Part shown: positions 7,631 to 16,614 of the stretch, in pieces
Layout: the number at the start of each line of letters is the position of its first letter
How positions within the stretch are numbered: position 1 is the first letter of the stretch
Virus record (IMG/VR): IMGVR_UViG_3300026187_000027
Coordinates: 1 to 45,829 of that record
Reading direction: 5' to 3' (one strand)
DNA: 45,829 nt
Origin: a virus
Taxonomy: Duplodnaviria; Caudoviricetes
Made by a program: the position numbers and the translations under genes
The notes under the pieces: model-generated
The model's input: only the letters and a program-made list of their open reading frames with translations
Databases searched by the model: none
Told to the model about the DNA's origin: nothing

Positions 7631-7778
7631 TTTTATCTCTCCCATTATAACATCTAATGCAAAATGAATTGCAACGCTTCCAACTGCTATCATAATGCGC
7701 AATTAAATTTACTTCCAAATATTTTCGATGACATCGACTACATTCATCATATCTTTCGTAATGTTGCTTAAAATACAT
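7494..7778 (-). CDS. Zn-ribbon protein (CSRC...CIRC)
   Basis: Two CxxC pairs; GGAGG SD. Confidence 0.65.
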   Translation of the reverse strand: MYFKQHYERYDECSRCHRKYLEVNLIAHYDSSWKRCNSFCIRCYNGRDKNETKETVNEVIQRRIKKSVTRTTDLKRVSNKKEVGQNKNNSEQAL

Positions 7779-7790
7779 TCTTTCTTCCTC

Positions 7791-8006
7791 CTATTCCGAT
7801 AGCTTAATTAACATCTGGCGCAACCAAGATTCTTCTTTTGCTATCTCATAATATAACCAAACACAATAATCGAAATCATTTGTTTGATCAACACACCCTC
7901 TCACATACGTGTGGAAAGGTGAATAATGAACCGTGATCCATGTAACAAGAACCACGGTAACACAAATAAGAAACACACTAAACACCCAACTAAAGGCGTC
8001 TAGCAT
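7791..8006 (-). CDS. Small membrane protein (71 aa)
   Basis: Hydrophobic N-terminal helix, then SPF...C...C. Confidence 0.7.
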   Translation of the reverse strand: MLDAFSWVFSVFLICVTVVLVTWITVHYSPFHTYVRGCVDQTNDFDYCVWLYYEIAKEESWLRQMLIKLSE

Positions 8007-8154
8007 GATATTCTATATCATTTTTATTTTTCTCTACTCTATTCTCTAGTTCCTCGAATTTTGCCTGGTAATACATTTTTAACGAATATCTCCCTGCAAT
8101 AAATCCTAAAATAAAAACACCAAGAATAGCAATAACATGCCAAAATTGAAACAT
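7990..8154 (-). CDS. Small membrane protein (54 aa), not in ORF track
   Basis: MFQFWHVIAILGVFILGFIAGRYS... transmembrane segment plus charged tail. Confidence 0.7.
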   Translation of the reverse strand: MFQFWHVIAILGVFILGFIAGRYSLKMYYQAKFEELENRVEKNKNDIEYHARRL

Positions 8155-8155
8155 T

Positions 8156-8410
8156 TTATTTCCTAACCTGTTTTATATATATTTCAAAAATTCTGTGAGC
8201 TTCTTGATCCAAGTAAAACACTTTATGCATAAAGTGTTTTACTACACTATCAGGCGCATACTTTAACATAAACAAAAAAGGCCTAACGGGTGTTTTTTTC
8301 CTTATTTTTTTATAATAAAATACTTGCAATTCAAATGCTTTTAAAAGCACAAAAAATTTTAGTTTTTTAAAATTTATCATTTTTTTTACTAAAACCAAAT
8401 TTTCTTTCAT
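8156..8410 (-). CDS. Hypothetical basic protein (start may be 8380)
   Basis: ORF fills the gap in the operon. Confidence 0.55.
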   Translation of the reverse strand: MKENLVLVKKMINFKKLKFFVLLKAFELQVFYYKKIRKKTPVRPFLFMLKYAPDSVVKHFMHKVFYLDQEAHRIFEIYIKQVRK

Positions 8411-8522
8411 GCTTTTCTAATTTACGCACACGTAATCTAAAATGCATTCCAAATTTTGCACCTAATATAAATGCAACAATAGCAATTAATATAAATGATA
8501 ATCCTAACCAAAAGTAAAACAT
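8367..8522 (-). CDS. Small membrane protein (51 aa), not in ORF track
   Basis: AGAAAGGA SD; MFYFWLGLSFILIAIVAFILGAKFG... Confidence 0.7.
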   Translation of the reverse strand: MFYFWLGLSFILIAIVAFILGAKFGMHFRLRVRKLEKHERKFGFSKKNDKF

Positions 8523-8533
8523 ACTTTTCCTTT

Positions 8534-8722
8534 CTATTTAAAAAATTTTGGGTCATACATCTCTAGTAAAGTATCAAGAGCCTTGCTGCCTTGTTGCAAC
8601 ACGTGTTCCCATTCTTCTTTACTATACGATGTATCAAATTGTGGATTATAAAACTTTACTGTCACCCGTTTACATCTACGACATTCGTAAACTTTTTTGA
8701 TGGGGCTTTCAGGAAGTTTCAA
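8534..8722 (-). CDS. Small CxxC protein (62 aa)
   Basis: ECRRCKR motif; TTG start adjoining the upstream stop. Confidence 0.65.
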   Translation of the reverse strand: MKLPESPIKKVYECRRCKRVTVKFYNPQFDTSYSKEEWEHVLQQGSKALDTLLEMYDPKFFK

Positions 8723-8896
8723 TTAATCCGCCGATCCGTTCCCTTCTTTCTTTCTTTCTCTGAATTTTACATGTTCCATATCAACAAGTTTCCTTATGAA
8801 ATTGTTAATCGTCATATAATCCTCTTTAGCTATTACACGTATTTTATCATACGTGTCTTTGTGTATAGCAACACTTTTATATTTTTCTATATTCAT
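8723..8896 (-). CDS. Ribbon-helix-helix-like DNA-binding protein (57 aa), not in ORF track
   Basis: MNIEKYKSVAIHKDTYDKIRVIAKEDYMTINNFIRKLVD: beta strand KSVAI plus two helices, an Arc/CopG-like pattern. Confidence 0.75.
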   Translation of the reverse strand: MNIEKYKSVAIHKDTYDKIRVIAKEDYMTINNFIRKLVDMEHVKFRERKKEGNGSAD

Positions 8897-8931
8897 GGGT
8901 TACTTATATGGGATAATATATTAGAAGTCAA
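8897..8931 (-). promoter_or_regulatory. Sigma70 promoter for a probably leaderless RHH mRNA, overlapped by ATCCCAT
   Basis: TTGACT-17nt-TATAAG-6nt-ATG; no SD present. Confidence 0.65.
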
Positions 8932-9146
8932 CTATTTTTTATAACAAACATAGAAGATTCTAGGCACCACGTCTGTGTATAAACAGGATTGATACCTTGC
9001 TCTGTAGCCATATCAATAATACTATTCTCTATCACAATACGTCGTGACTCGCATTTATCTTGATCAAAGTATAACTCAGCCGTATGCTTCACAGAAGGCA
9101 TCCCAGGCATCGAAATCATTGAAATAAGTAACCATATTTTAATCAT
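8928..9146 (-). CDS. Small protein with hydrophobic N-terminus and two Cys (72 aa)
   Basis: Overlaps the polymerase stop codon. Confidence 0.7.
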   Translation of the reverse strand: MIKIWLLISMISMPGMPSVKHTAELYFDQDKCESRRIVIENSIIDMATEQGINPVYTQTWCLESSMFVIKNS

Positions 9147-11013
9147 TAACCTCTTTTATTTCACCCCAACTATTACCTATCTCTACATCTACCTTACATT
9201 TGACCTTGAGATCAACACAATTTTCCATTATTGTTTGTATGACCGAATATTTTTCGGGATTATCAACAGATAGATTCAATTCATCATGAACCTGGATATG
9301 AGGAAGAAAACCTTCCTCGTGCAAATCTATCATCGCTTGCTTTGTTTGATCCGCCGCACTACCCTGTATTAGCTTGTTAAGAGCCTTATAAGTAAAAGCG
9401 CGTCTAATGTTCTTACCATGCTCTCTCATCGCTTCTACGTGTGGTAATGGCTTATTAATGCCAAACAAATTTGGTTCCCATAAATCGAAACGACATTTGC
9501 GACCAAGTAGTGTTCTTATATATCCAACATCTTGCGCACGTTGGGAAACCTTGTCCGCAAGCTCTTTTACAAAAGGAACGCTTTTATGATATTGTTTCCA
9601 AAGGTCTGCTGTATCTTCTTCATCTAAACCTAATTCAGAACCAAGTTTACCTTTACCCATGCCATACATCATACCAAGGTTAATTGTTTTTGCTGTCTTA
9701 CGATCAATGCCTGCCATATCAGCAACGACTTGGTGGAAGTCTGCATCATTATTTTCGTATGCATCAATGACGGTATCAGAACCGGGCAATCCACCATTAG
9801 TTAATTTAGCAAAGTGTACCGTGATCCGTGGTTCTTGTTGCGAGTAATCAAATGTTCCCCACTTGCATCCTTCTTCAGGAATAAATAATCGTCTGATCCG
9901 TGGACCAATAATATTATTACGTGCAGGAATTTGCTGTAAGTTTGGATTACTATAACTGAACCTACCTGTTACTGTTCCTCCTTGATCCGAACGCATTTGG
10001 TGGATCTCAGCATGAATCCTCCCTCGGTACGAATGCTTGAGGATGGTATCGATGAACGTGGTTCGTGCTTTATTAATCTCCCTCGCTTCAACAATGTTCT
10101 TGGCCAACTGACTAGGATGCGTCGTAAGAAAATTTTTATCAAACTTAGGTTGACCAGATTTAGGTGTCGTTTCATATCGAATACTTTTCGCATCGAAAGC
10201 TTTCGCCACTGACGTTGGAGTCCATACTTCCACAGCAACACCTGTATCCTTATAGATATCATCCAATATTTTTTTCTCTCTATTAGCGAAATCATTTTTC
10301 GTGCGCTCTGCTTCATCAAGATCAATCCTAACGCCTTTCTTTTTCATTTCAAATAAAATCGGAAATAGCTTTGTTTCTAAATCAAAAATGGACAACAGGT
10401 CTTGCTTAATTAACTCTGTTTTAAAAAACTGCCATAACTTTAAAGTAAGCACCGTATCTTGTTCAGCGTAAGGACCAACATACATCGGTGGTAATTTCCA
10501 CATCTCACCTTTAGCATCAACACCCCAACTCTTTGCTGCATCGTATAATAATGTTTCACTTTTCTTTTCCGCTAAATAATGTTTACCTAACTCGTTAAGT
10601 GAATAACGAAATCTATTTTCATCAATAAGAGGAGCGGCGATCATAGTGTCTATAATACGACCATGAACTTTTAAACCCATAGCGTGTAACCAACCAACAT
10701 CATACATCGCATTATGAAATACTTTATCGCAAGGTAATTCTAAAATTTTTTTTAATTGCCCTGTAAATATTTTTTGATCAAAGTTACCACCGCCTTCATG
10801 ATTAATAGGAAAGTATCCTGTCCATCCATCAACGGCTATAGCAACGCCTGCAACAAAACCTTTTTTAACAGGCCATCCAGGGCCAACGCCTGTATTTAAT
10901 CCGACATCGTTTGTCTCTAGATCAATACAAATTTCTTTGGCATCGCTTAGATCTGGAATTGATTCAGGAGGAACCCATTCACTTGGTGGTTGAAATAATG
11001 GTATCTGTGTCAT
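9139..11013 (-). CDS. polA: Family A DNA polymerase with 3'-5' exonuclease (no 5'-3' exonuclease)
   Basis: ExoI DLET, ExoII HNAMYD, ExoIII YAEQD; TGRFS..NPNLQQIP; motif A DYSQQEPR; motif B RKTAKTINLGMMYG; motif C QVHDEL. Confidence 0.97.
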   Translation of the reverse strand: MTQIPLFQPPSEWVPPESIPDLSDAKEICIDLETNDVGLNTGVGPGWPVKKGFVAGVAIAVDGWTGYFPINHEGGGNFDQKIFTGQLKKILELPCDKVFHNAMYDVGWLHAMGLKVHGRIIDTMIAAPLIDENRFRYSLNELGKHYLAEKKSETLLYDAAKSWGVDAKGEMWKLPPMYVGPYAEQDTVLTLKLWQFFKTELIKQDLLSIFDLETKLFPILFEMKKKGVRIDLDEAERTKNDFANREKKILDDIYKDTGVAVEVWTPTSVAKAFDAKSIRYETTPKSGQPKFDKNFLTTHPSQLAKNIVEAREINKARTTFIDTILKHSYRGRIHAEIHQMRSDQGGTVTGRFSYSNPNLQQIPARNNIIGPRIRRLFIPEEGCKWGTFDYSQQEPRITVHFAKLTNGGLPGSDTVIDAYENNDADFHQVVADMAGIDRKTAKTINLGMMYGMGKGKLGSELGLDEEDTADLWKQYHKSVPFVKELADKVSQRAQDVGYIRTLLGRKCRFDLWEPNLFGINKPLPHVEAMREHGKNIRRAFTYKALNKLIQGSAADQTKQAMIDLHEEGFLPHIQVHDELNLSVDNPEKYSVIQTIMENCVDLKVKCKVDVEIGNSWGEIKEVND

Positions 11014-11672
11014 GCTGTTTCCTTATTCTCCTTTAATTTTTTATGATAAGCTTTCATGGCTTCTGATTTTTTTCTCTTGGTTTCTTCTGATTCTTTTTTT
11101 CCTTTTTTGTAAAGTTTATATTTTTTTGCAAAAAGATTACATTGAGGTCTGTTTGCCATTACTTTTTTAAATTCTTCAGTTCCCCATTTAGTTTGATTTT
11201 GTTTTTTAATTTTAGTTTTTTCTCCATCAAAGCCATGTAATTCATTATATTTTTTAATATTATCTTGAGAGGAGACTGTATGAAGTTTAAAATCTCTTGG
11301 TTTTCTTTTATATTTACGAGCTAGCTCTGCTTGTTTTCTTCTACCCTCTAAAGTTTGAGGTATAAGTTTACCATTAGCAATCGTCTTTTTTGCTTCTTTT
11401 GATCGTATTTCATAATATTCATTACATATTAATGATTTACCCCATAATATACCGTACTTTTTTTTGTAATCTTCAATTGTGGTTTCATGAGATACTCTAA
11501 GATGATTTCCAAGTGATCTATAATGCTTGCCACATAACAAACAAGTAATTCTATCACCAACAAAATATTGTTTATATTCTTCATAGTTTTTAAAAACAAA
11601 ATCTTTTGGATATCCTGGTAATACTTTTCTTCTCTCCTCTGGGGTACTCCCATTTTTAAAAAAATTTGGCAT
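11010..11672 (-). CDS. Ros/MucR-type Zn-finger protein with a C-terminal NUMOD3-like motif
   Basis: ITCLLCGKHYRSLGNHLRVSHETTIEDYKKKYGI parallels the MucR finger; GKKESEETKRKKSEAMK is NUMOD3-like. Confidence 0.7.
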   Translation of the reverse strand: MPNFFKNGSTPEERRKVLPGYPKDFVFKNYEEYKQYFVGDRITCLLCGKHYRSLGNHLRVSHETTIEDYKKKYGILWGKSLICNEYYEIRSKEAKKTIANGKLIPQTLEGRRKQAELARKYKRKPRDFKLHTVSSQDNIKKYNELHGFDGEKTKIKKQNQTKWGTEEFKKVMANRPQCNLFAKKYKLYKKGKKESEETKRKKSEAMKAYHKKLKENKETA

Positions 11673-11950
11673 TATTTTTTATCCTCCTCACGTTCTGCTA
11701 TCTCACCTGCAATTGCGCCATACGCTGCTAGATCAACATAACTATCAGATTTATGACTATGCATGAGACGCGCTACTTTAACTAAAACCATACAAATTGC
11801 TACATCATGAGGTGATATTTCTACATCAAGAAATGCACTCCATAATCTTGCAATGTTTTGATGATTAAGTGTTTTATCACCGTAATCTTCTTGTCGTTGA
11901 CCTTCGACTAATTCAATTGCTTTTTTTAAAAAGTCAGATGTTTTCTTCAT
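11672..11950 (-). CDS. Conserved all-alpha phage protein (DUF6378-like from recall)
   Basis: RQEDYGD...IARLWS...VAICMVLVKVAR...DSYVDLAAY. Confidence 0.8.
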   Translation of the reverse strand: MKKTSDFLKKAIELVEGQRQEDYGDKTLNHQNIARLWSAFLDVEISPHDVAICMVLVKVARLMHSHKSDSYVDLAAYGAIAGEIAEREEDKK

Positions 11951-13476
11951 GCAAATACCTCTCTAAATTCTCTGTTACTGCGTGAACGAACTAAATATAA
12001 ATTTTGTTTAGCTCTTGTTAAAGCAACATAAAAAACTCTTCTCTCATCATCTTTTTGTCGCCAATATGATTCATCAGCCTTACGTGATAAATCAGATAAA
12101 ACCATTACGTTATCTGCTTCTCCACCTTTACTTCCATGCACTGTAGAGAGCGTGATCCGTGGTACGGGATTAAAGCTACCTTCTTTTTGTATAACGGTAG
12201 AGACATACGCTTTTTTATATTCAGGAACCTTGTCTAATGCTTCATGCCACGAATAATCTTTTGGTACTTGCAATCCGTTATGTTGTTGCAATTGATCAAA
12301 GGTAAATGTCGATTCAGGATCGACACCTGTTAAATTTTTATAGCCACGTTCAACACCAACATTACTATTCATATAATAATACAAATCTTTTAGTTGATTG
12401 AAATCAATGTATCCTCCTTTCTGAATATCTCGCCATGCGGTGATAGCATTAACTAAACGTTTACCAATAGAACTTTTATCTGCACGATGATAAAAATATC
12501 CAAGTATACGTAAGTCATCTTCTACTTGATCGAGAAAATAATTTGTTCTGCCAAGGATTAACCAGTTGCCTGTTTTTAAATGATCATAATTTCGTCTTGG
12601 TAAATGCACAATGGTGCCTTCTTCTTCTTTAGGACTCCATGTTTTTGCTACTCTATTCTTTACACGATTAATTAAATTAATAGCACGCTCTTGTATTTTA
12701 ATGGGTAAGCGATACGACTTGTCAAGAATAACTCTGTTACCTTCTCTATTTAATAAATATTCACTACGAGCTCCTGCCCAGTTAAATATAGCTTGATCAT
12801 CGTCACCTGCAATGTAAACTCTTTTTGCTTTTTGTGCGAGCTTATCAACCATTTGCCATTGTATGTAAGATAGGTCTTGTGCTTCATCAATGATAAGAAC
12901 GTCGAGCCGTGGTGCGATATCCTCTTTTAAAAATTCTACAATCATGTCAGTAAAATCATATTTATATTTACCACCACGTCCGAACTTATAATCATGTAAC
13001 GTTTCTGCGATTAATTTTAACTTTGGCCATCCACCTTGCATGTGTCCACTGTGCTGAAACTGTGCGTATAATGTGTTACCATTTATTTTTGCCATATCAA
13101 TGACACGCATAAAAATATCATTAGGTGATGATACACCATACGATCCTAAAACTTCTGAATTAGGATTTGATAACTTAACCTGTAGTTGCTGTGATAAATA
13201 TCGATAGTCTTCATCATTCATCACATCTGATTCTGCTAGCCCTAAAGCCATAAAAGCTAAACTATGTAATGTACGAAAGTATTTAAAATCTTGATCTTTA
13301 CTATCAGGAAAAAAAACAAGTGCTCTGTTAAGAGCTTCTCTTGCTGCTTTTTGTGTAAAGGCAAAGTAACCTATACGATCAGGGGATGTATTAGGTAATT
13401 CTTTTGCAACAACTTGTTCAATTAAATAAGTTGTTTTACCTGTTCCTGGTGGACCGAAGATTAAATTAACTGACAT
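11947..13476 (-). CDS. UvrD/Rep-family SF1 helicase (start reassigned to MSVNLIFG)
   Basis: GPPGTGKTT, TLHS, DEAQD, GDDDQAIF, SYR, STVHGSKGGEAD, FYVALTRAK. Confidence 0.93.
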   Translation of the reverse strand: MSVNLIFGPPGTGKTTYLIEQVVAKELPNTSPDRIGYFAFTQKAAREALNRALVFFPDSKDQDFKYFRTLHSLAFMALGLAESDVMNDEDYRYLSQQLQVKLSNPNSEVLGSYGVSSPNDIFMRVIDMAKINGNTLYAQFQHSGHMQGGWPKLKLIAETLHDYKFGRGGKYKYDFTDMIVEFLKEDIAPRLDVLIIDEAQDLSYIQWQMVDKLAQKAKRVYIAGDDDQAIFNWAGARSEYLLNREGNRVILDKSYRLPIKIQERAINLINRVKNRVAKTWSPKEEEGTIVHLPRRNYDHLKTGNWLILGRTNYFLDQVEDDLRILGYFYHRADKSSIGKRLVNAITAWRDIQKGGYIDFNQLKDLYYYMNSNVGVERGYKNLTGVDPESTFTFDQLQQHNGLQVPKDYSWHEALDKVPEYKKAYVSTVIQKEGSFNPVPRITLSTVHGSKGGEADNVMVLSDLSRKADESYWRQKDDERRVFYVALTRAKQNLYLVRSRSNREFREVFA

Positions 13477-14269
13477 TATTTTCCCTTTTTTGATGAAACC
13501 CGTCATGACAATCTCTACATACTAATAAATATATTGCACGTGATTTATGAAAAAGAAACCAATCTGTCCCTGCTTTTCCTTTTATCCTACCAGAAAAAGA
13601 AATTTCTAATGTTTCTTTAGGATTTACCCTAAAATAATGTTCTTTCCATTGTTGCCATAAATTTTTAAAAGGTGTTACATGATGACATACAACATCATTT
13701 TTTGCATAAAATTTTTCACATTGAAAACATGGTAATTTGTTACCATAGATATGATTAACATATTCTCCCCTTTCATTTAACTTAATACCTCTAAAGTTTT
13801 GTAAATATGGATTTCCTGCTTCACGTCGTGCTGCTTTTAGTTCTTTCATTTTAGGCGTAATGCCGTATTCTGAACCAAAGCAACTAAACATATCTTGCAA
13901 ATTTACAGGTATAACAGCGCTTCCAAGATTGTTTGATTCAACAGGATCTAACTTATAGGCAAATTGTGGTTGCCAATAACTTTCCCAAGCAGGTTCTCCA
14001 TTAACATATTCATATGAATGACAAACTTCTTTAAAAGCAATACACCAAGCAAAAGGTTTTTTTCCTTTAAATTTATGCTCTTTCCATTCTTCATTTTTAG
14101 TCAAATAATTATTCCACAGAAAATCAATGTCACTTTTTTTAATATGTGTATCTTCATCTAAATAAACTATTTTAGAACTTTCTGGTTTTGAAAATAACCA
14201 CATTTGATCACGGAAATGATTAAGTGCTAACTGTTTTGTTTTAAAATTTTTTCTAAGAACGAAGTACAT
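13466..14269 (-). CDS. HNH-type endonuclease
   Basis: C-terminal CFQC...VCHHVTPF...LLVCRDCHDGFH. Confidence 0.7.
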   Translation of the reverse strand: MYFVLRKNFKTKQLALNHFRDQMWLFSKPESSKIVYLDEDTHIKKSDIDFLWNNYLTKNEEWKEHKFKGKKPFAWCIAFKEVCHSYEYVNGEPAWESYWQPQFAYKLDPVESNNLGSAVIPVNLQDMFSCFGSEYGITPKMKELKAARREAGNPYLQNFRGIKLNERGEYVNHIYGNKLPCFQCEKFYAKNDVVCHHVTPFKNLWQQWKEHYFRVNPKETLEISFSGRIKGKAGTDWFLFHKSRAIYLLVCRDCHDGFHQKRENNVS

Positions 14270-15783
14270 TAAAAAGGAATTGTTTCGGTAAATTCAGGTG
14301 TTTGATGTTCATGTTGATCTTTATCTTTTAATGCAAATGCTTTTGGAACGTACCATACACGACGAACCTTACCACTAATTCTTGTTGTTTCACTGTCTCC
14401 ATCTAACCCTCTTATACTTGAATGTATCTGTGTTTGGTTAAAAGATTTAAATTGTTTTTTAGTAAGAAACTCAACCAATGCTTCAAGACGAAAATAAATT
14501 TTATCATTTTTATGTAATGCTTGACCTAAACGTAAACCTTCCCAATCTATTGCATCTCCTTGGTCCGTGATAAATTCTTCAAGTAACTCGGCAAATCTTC
14601 CTGCCGCTGTTACCTCTACAGGCATTTCAATAATCTTTACATTCGCTAATAATGCTTGAAGTCTCGCTGTCCAATCTCTAGGGTTTAATGCATTCGGTAA
14701 AATATTTACTCTACCCATACATGCTTTACGAAATAAATTTTGATCGTACAATTCATTATTAGATAAACTTAATCGTTTACCATCAACAGTTATAAACCAT
14801 TGTGATTCATCTGACTGAAACTTTGTTAAATCATCAAACTTACTTTCAAAGTCATCACCAATACCAAACTTTCTTGTTTGACAAACAGAACTATTACAAT
14901 GTGAACACATTGGTTCTATCTTGCATGTATAATTATAATCAGTTGTTTCATGTTGTTTTATTGTTTTGATAACCTCATTCATTTTTAAAGGTATCTCCAT
15001 GTACTTCTGATTGAACTCTGATATTTTATCTTGCCAATCTTTTGGCCATTTCTTTTTTGCATACACACTGTAATGAAATAGAACTACATCTCTTGTACCT
15101 TGTTGTACTTTAGTTGACATAAATGTTTCAAGACATGGAGGTCCATCAGACATCTCTTTAAAATTTTTTTTCTTTTTTAATTTTATCTTAGCAAAATCTT
15201 CTTCGGATATTCTAAACTTTTCAACAAGAGTATAAAACTCTTCGAGAGTAGCTGCAGAACCATCATCCAAAAAAGCATACCTATTGTTATCAGTGCCGCC
15301 AAAGTAAGGAAGATTAAGAAAGTTCCCAACGTCTCCACGTTCCTTCTCAATCTTTTCTTGTTTAGGAAATATTTCACACCCTGCATAACCAAGTTCTCCC
15401 GCAATCTGTTCTAATTTTTGACGCATTAATCTTGCAGAAATAAAAGTCTTTGTAAAACAAAATATATGTGCGCCACCACTTTTGGAACGACATACAACTA
15501 AAGGAAACTCTTCTTCTCTAATTTTTTCTATTATTTTTTTATGATCTAAAGGGTAATCATCAATATCAATACAACCCCACTGACATGTGTTGTCATCTGT
15601 TATTGGTATAATACCTAAACTTCTTTCACCTGATAAGTGTTGTTCCCACAAATCATCGGTAGGTGGTTTCCTGACAATGAGAGATCTACCCTCCATCTTG
15701 CCTTTTTCGTTTATACCACCTTCTTTTTGATAGCAACCATGTGCTCTCTCTTGGCCTTTATATATTTCTTTAAACTTTTCCAT
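14269..15783 (-). CDS. AEP-superfamily primase with a Cys-rich C-terminal domain
   Basis: WGCIDID, SKSGGAH, GNFLNLPY; GPPC...C..EPMCSHC...C. Confidence 0.85.
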   Translation of the reverse strand: MEKFKEIYKGQERAHGCYQKEGGINEKGKMEGRSLIVRKPPTDDLWEQHLSGERSLGIIPITDDNTCQWGCIDIDDYPLDHKKIIEKIREEEFPLVVCRSKSGGAHIFCFTKTFISARLMRQKLEQIAGELGYAGCEIFPKQEKIEKERGDVGNFLNLPYFGGTDNNRYAFLDDGSAATLEEFYTLVEKFRISEEDFAKIKLKKKKNFKEMSDGPPCLETFMSTKVQQGTRDVVLFHYSVYAKKKWPKDWQDKISEFNQKYMEIPLKMNEVIKTIKQHETTDYNYTCKIEPMCSHCNSSVCQTRKFGIGDDFESKFDDLTKFQSDESQWFITVDGKRLSLSNNELYDQNLFRKACMGRVNILPNALNPRDWTARLQALLANVKIIEMPVEVTAAGRFAELLEEFITDQGDAIDWEGLRLGQALHKNDKIYFRLEALVEFLTKKQFKSFNQTQIHSSIRGLDGDSETTRISGKVRRVWYVPKAFALKDKDQHEHQTPEFTETIPF

Positions 15784-15800
15784 CTGATGCTCATAATGTT

Positions 15801-15826
15801 AAAAAAGGGCGGTCGAGCCGCCCTTT
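15801..15826 (-). terminator. Intrinsic terminator after the SSB-like gene
   Basis: Minus strand AAAGGGCGG-ctcga-CCGCCC followed by T6. Confidence 0.8.
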
Positions 15827-15836
15827 ATAAAAAGGT

Positions 15837-16604
15837 TTAGTACGGCGAATCCGTTTTTTTGTCTTCTTCACTTTCGTGTTTGACTTTGGCTACGCCTGTA
15901 TTAACGTCTTGTGAGACACCTTTGGCCGTATTATAAAGGCCCGAGTCTTCATTAGAAAGAAAATCACCTGCGGTAATATCCCAACCATACCAAAATCCTT
16001 GATCGTTTTCTTCTTTAACTGTTCTAAGGTTATAGAATTTTGAAAACATTGGTGGTGTGAATGGACCATTCTTACCAATTATCTTGGTAGTTTTCATCAT
16101 TGTGTTCCACTTACGACTTTTTTTAAGCTGTGTAGCTTTCATCGTAATCACTGCCGGTTCCCCCACATTATCTTTTACGAGTAAAACAAAATGATTAGCA
16201 CATGTTTCCACATAGTTTCCATTTTCTAAACGATCTTTATTCATTTGATCTCTGGTTGTTTTTGTAAGTATATCACTGCCTGCATCATAAATATTAACAG
16301 GAGCGCCTGTACTTTCCTTTCCTCGATCTCTCCATTCTACATATTGTCTAGCATATGCACATGGTATGACTGTGACGCCATCTTTACCTTTGTACCATTC
16401 ATTAGTTGCACTATTGTAAATGTCACCAGGTTTAGCACCATCTAAGTCTTCGAGTTCTTCTGACAAGGGTTGCAACACTTTCAACCGAGGTGTTGCTGTA
16501 TCTTTGTCATCCATTCCTTCAAATCCCACTTGAGCATCAGTTTCAAACATATCATTGAAAGGAATGATTTCTGCGGTCTTCTTTTTTGTAACGGCTTTTT
16601 CCAT
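15837..16604 (-). CDS. Probable ssDNA-binding protein
   Basis: PRLKVLQPLS, YVEW and SRKWN motifs; acidic C-terminal tail ending PY; position in the replication module. Confidence 0.65.
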   Translation of the reverse strand: MEKAVTKKKTAEIIPFNDMFETDAQVGFEGMDDKDTATPRLKVLQPLSEELEDLDGAKPGDIYNSATNEWYKGKDGVTVIPCAYARQYVEWRDRGKESTGAPVNIYDAGSDILTKTTRDQMNKDRLENGNYVETCANHFVLLVKDNVGEPAVITMKATQLKKSRKWNTMMKTTKIIGKNGPFTPPMFSKFYNLRTVKEENDQGFWYGWDITAGDFLSNEDSGLYNTAKGVSQDVNTGVAKVKHESEEDKKTDSPY

Positions 16605-16614
16605 TTTTACCTCT

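Noticed and set aside
8591-8944. 117-aa plus-strand ORF
   Set aside because: Antisense to the RHH and CxxC genes, which have stronger signals
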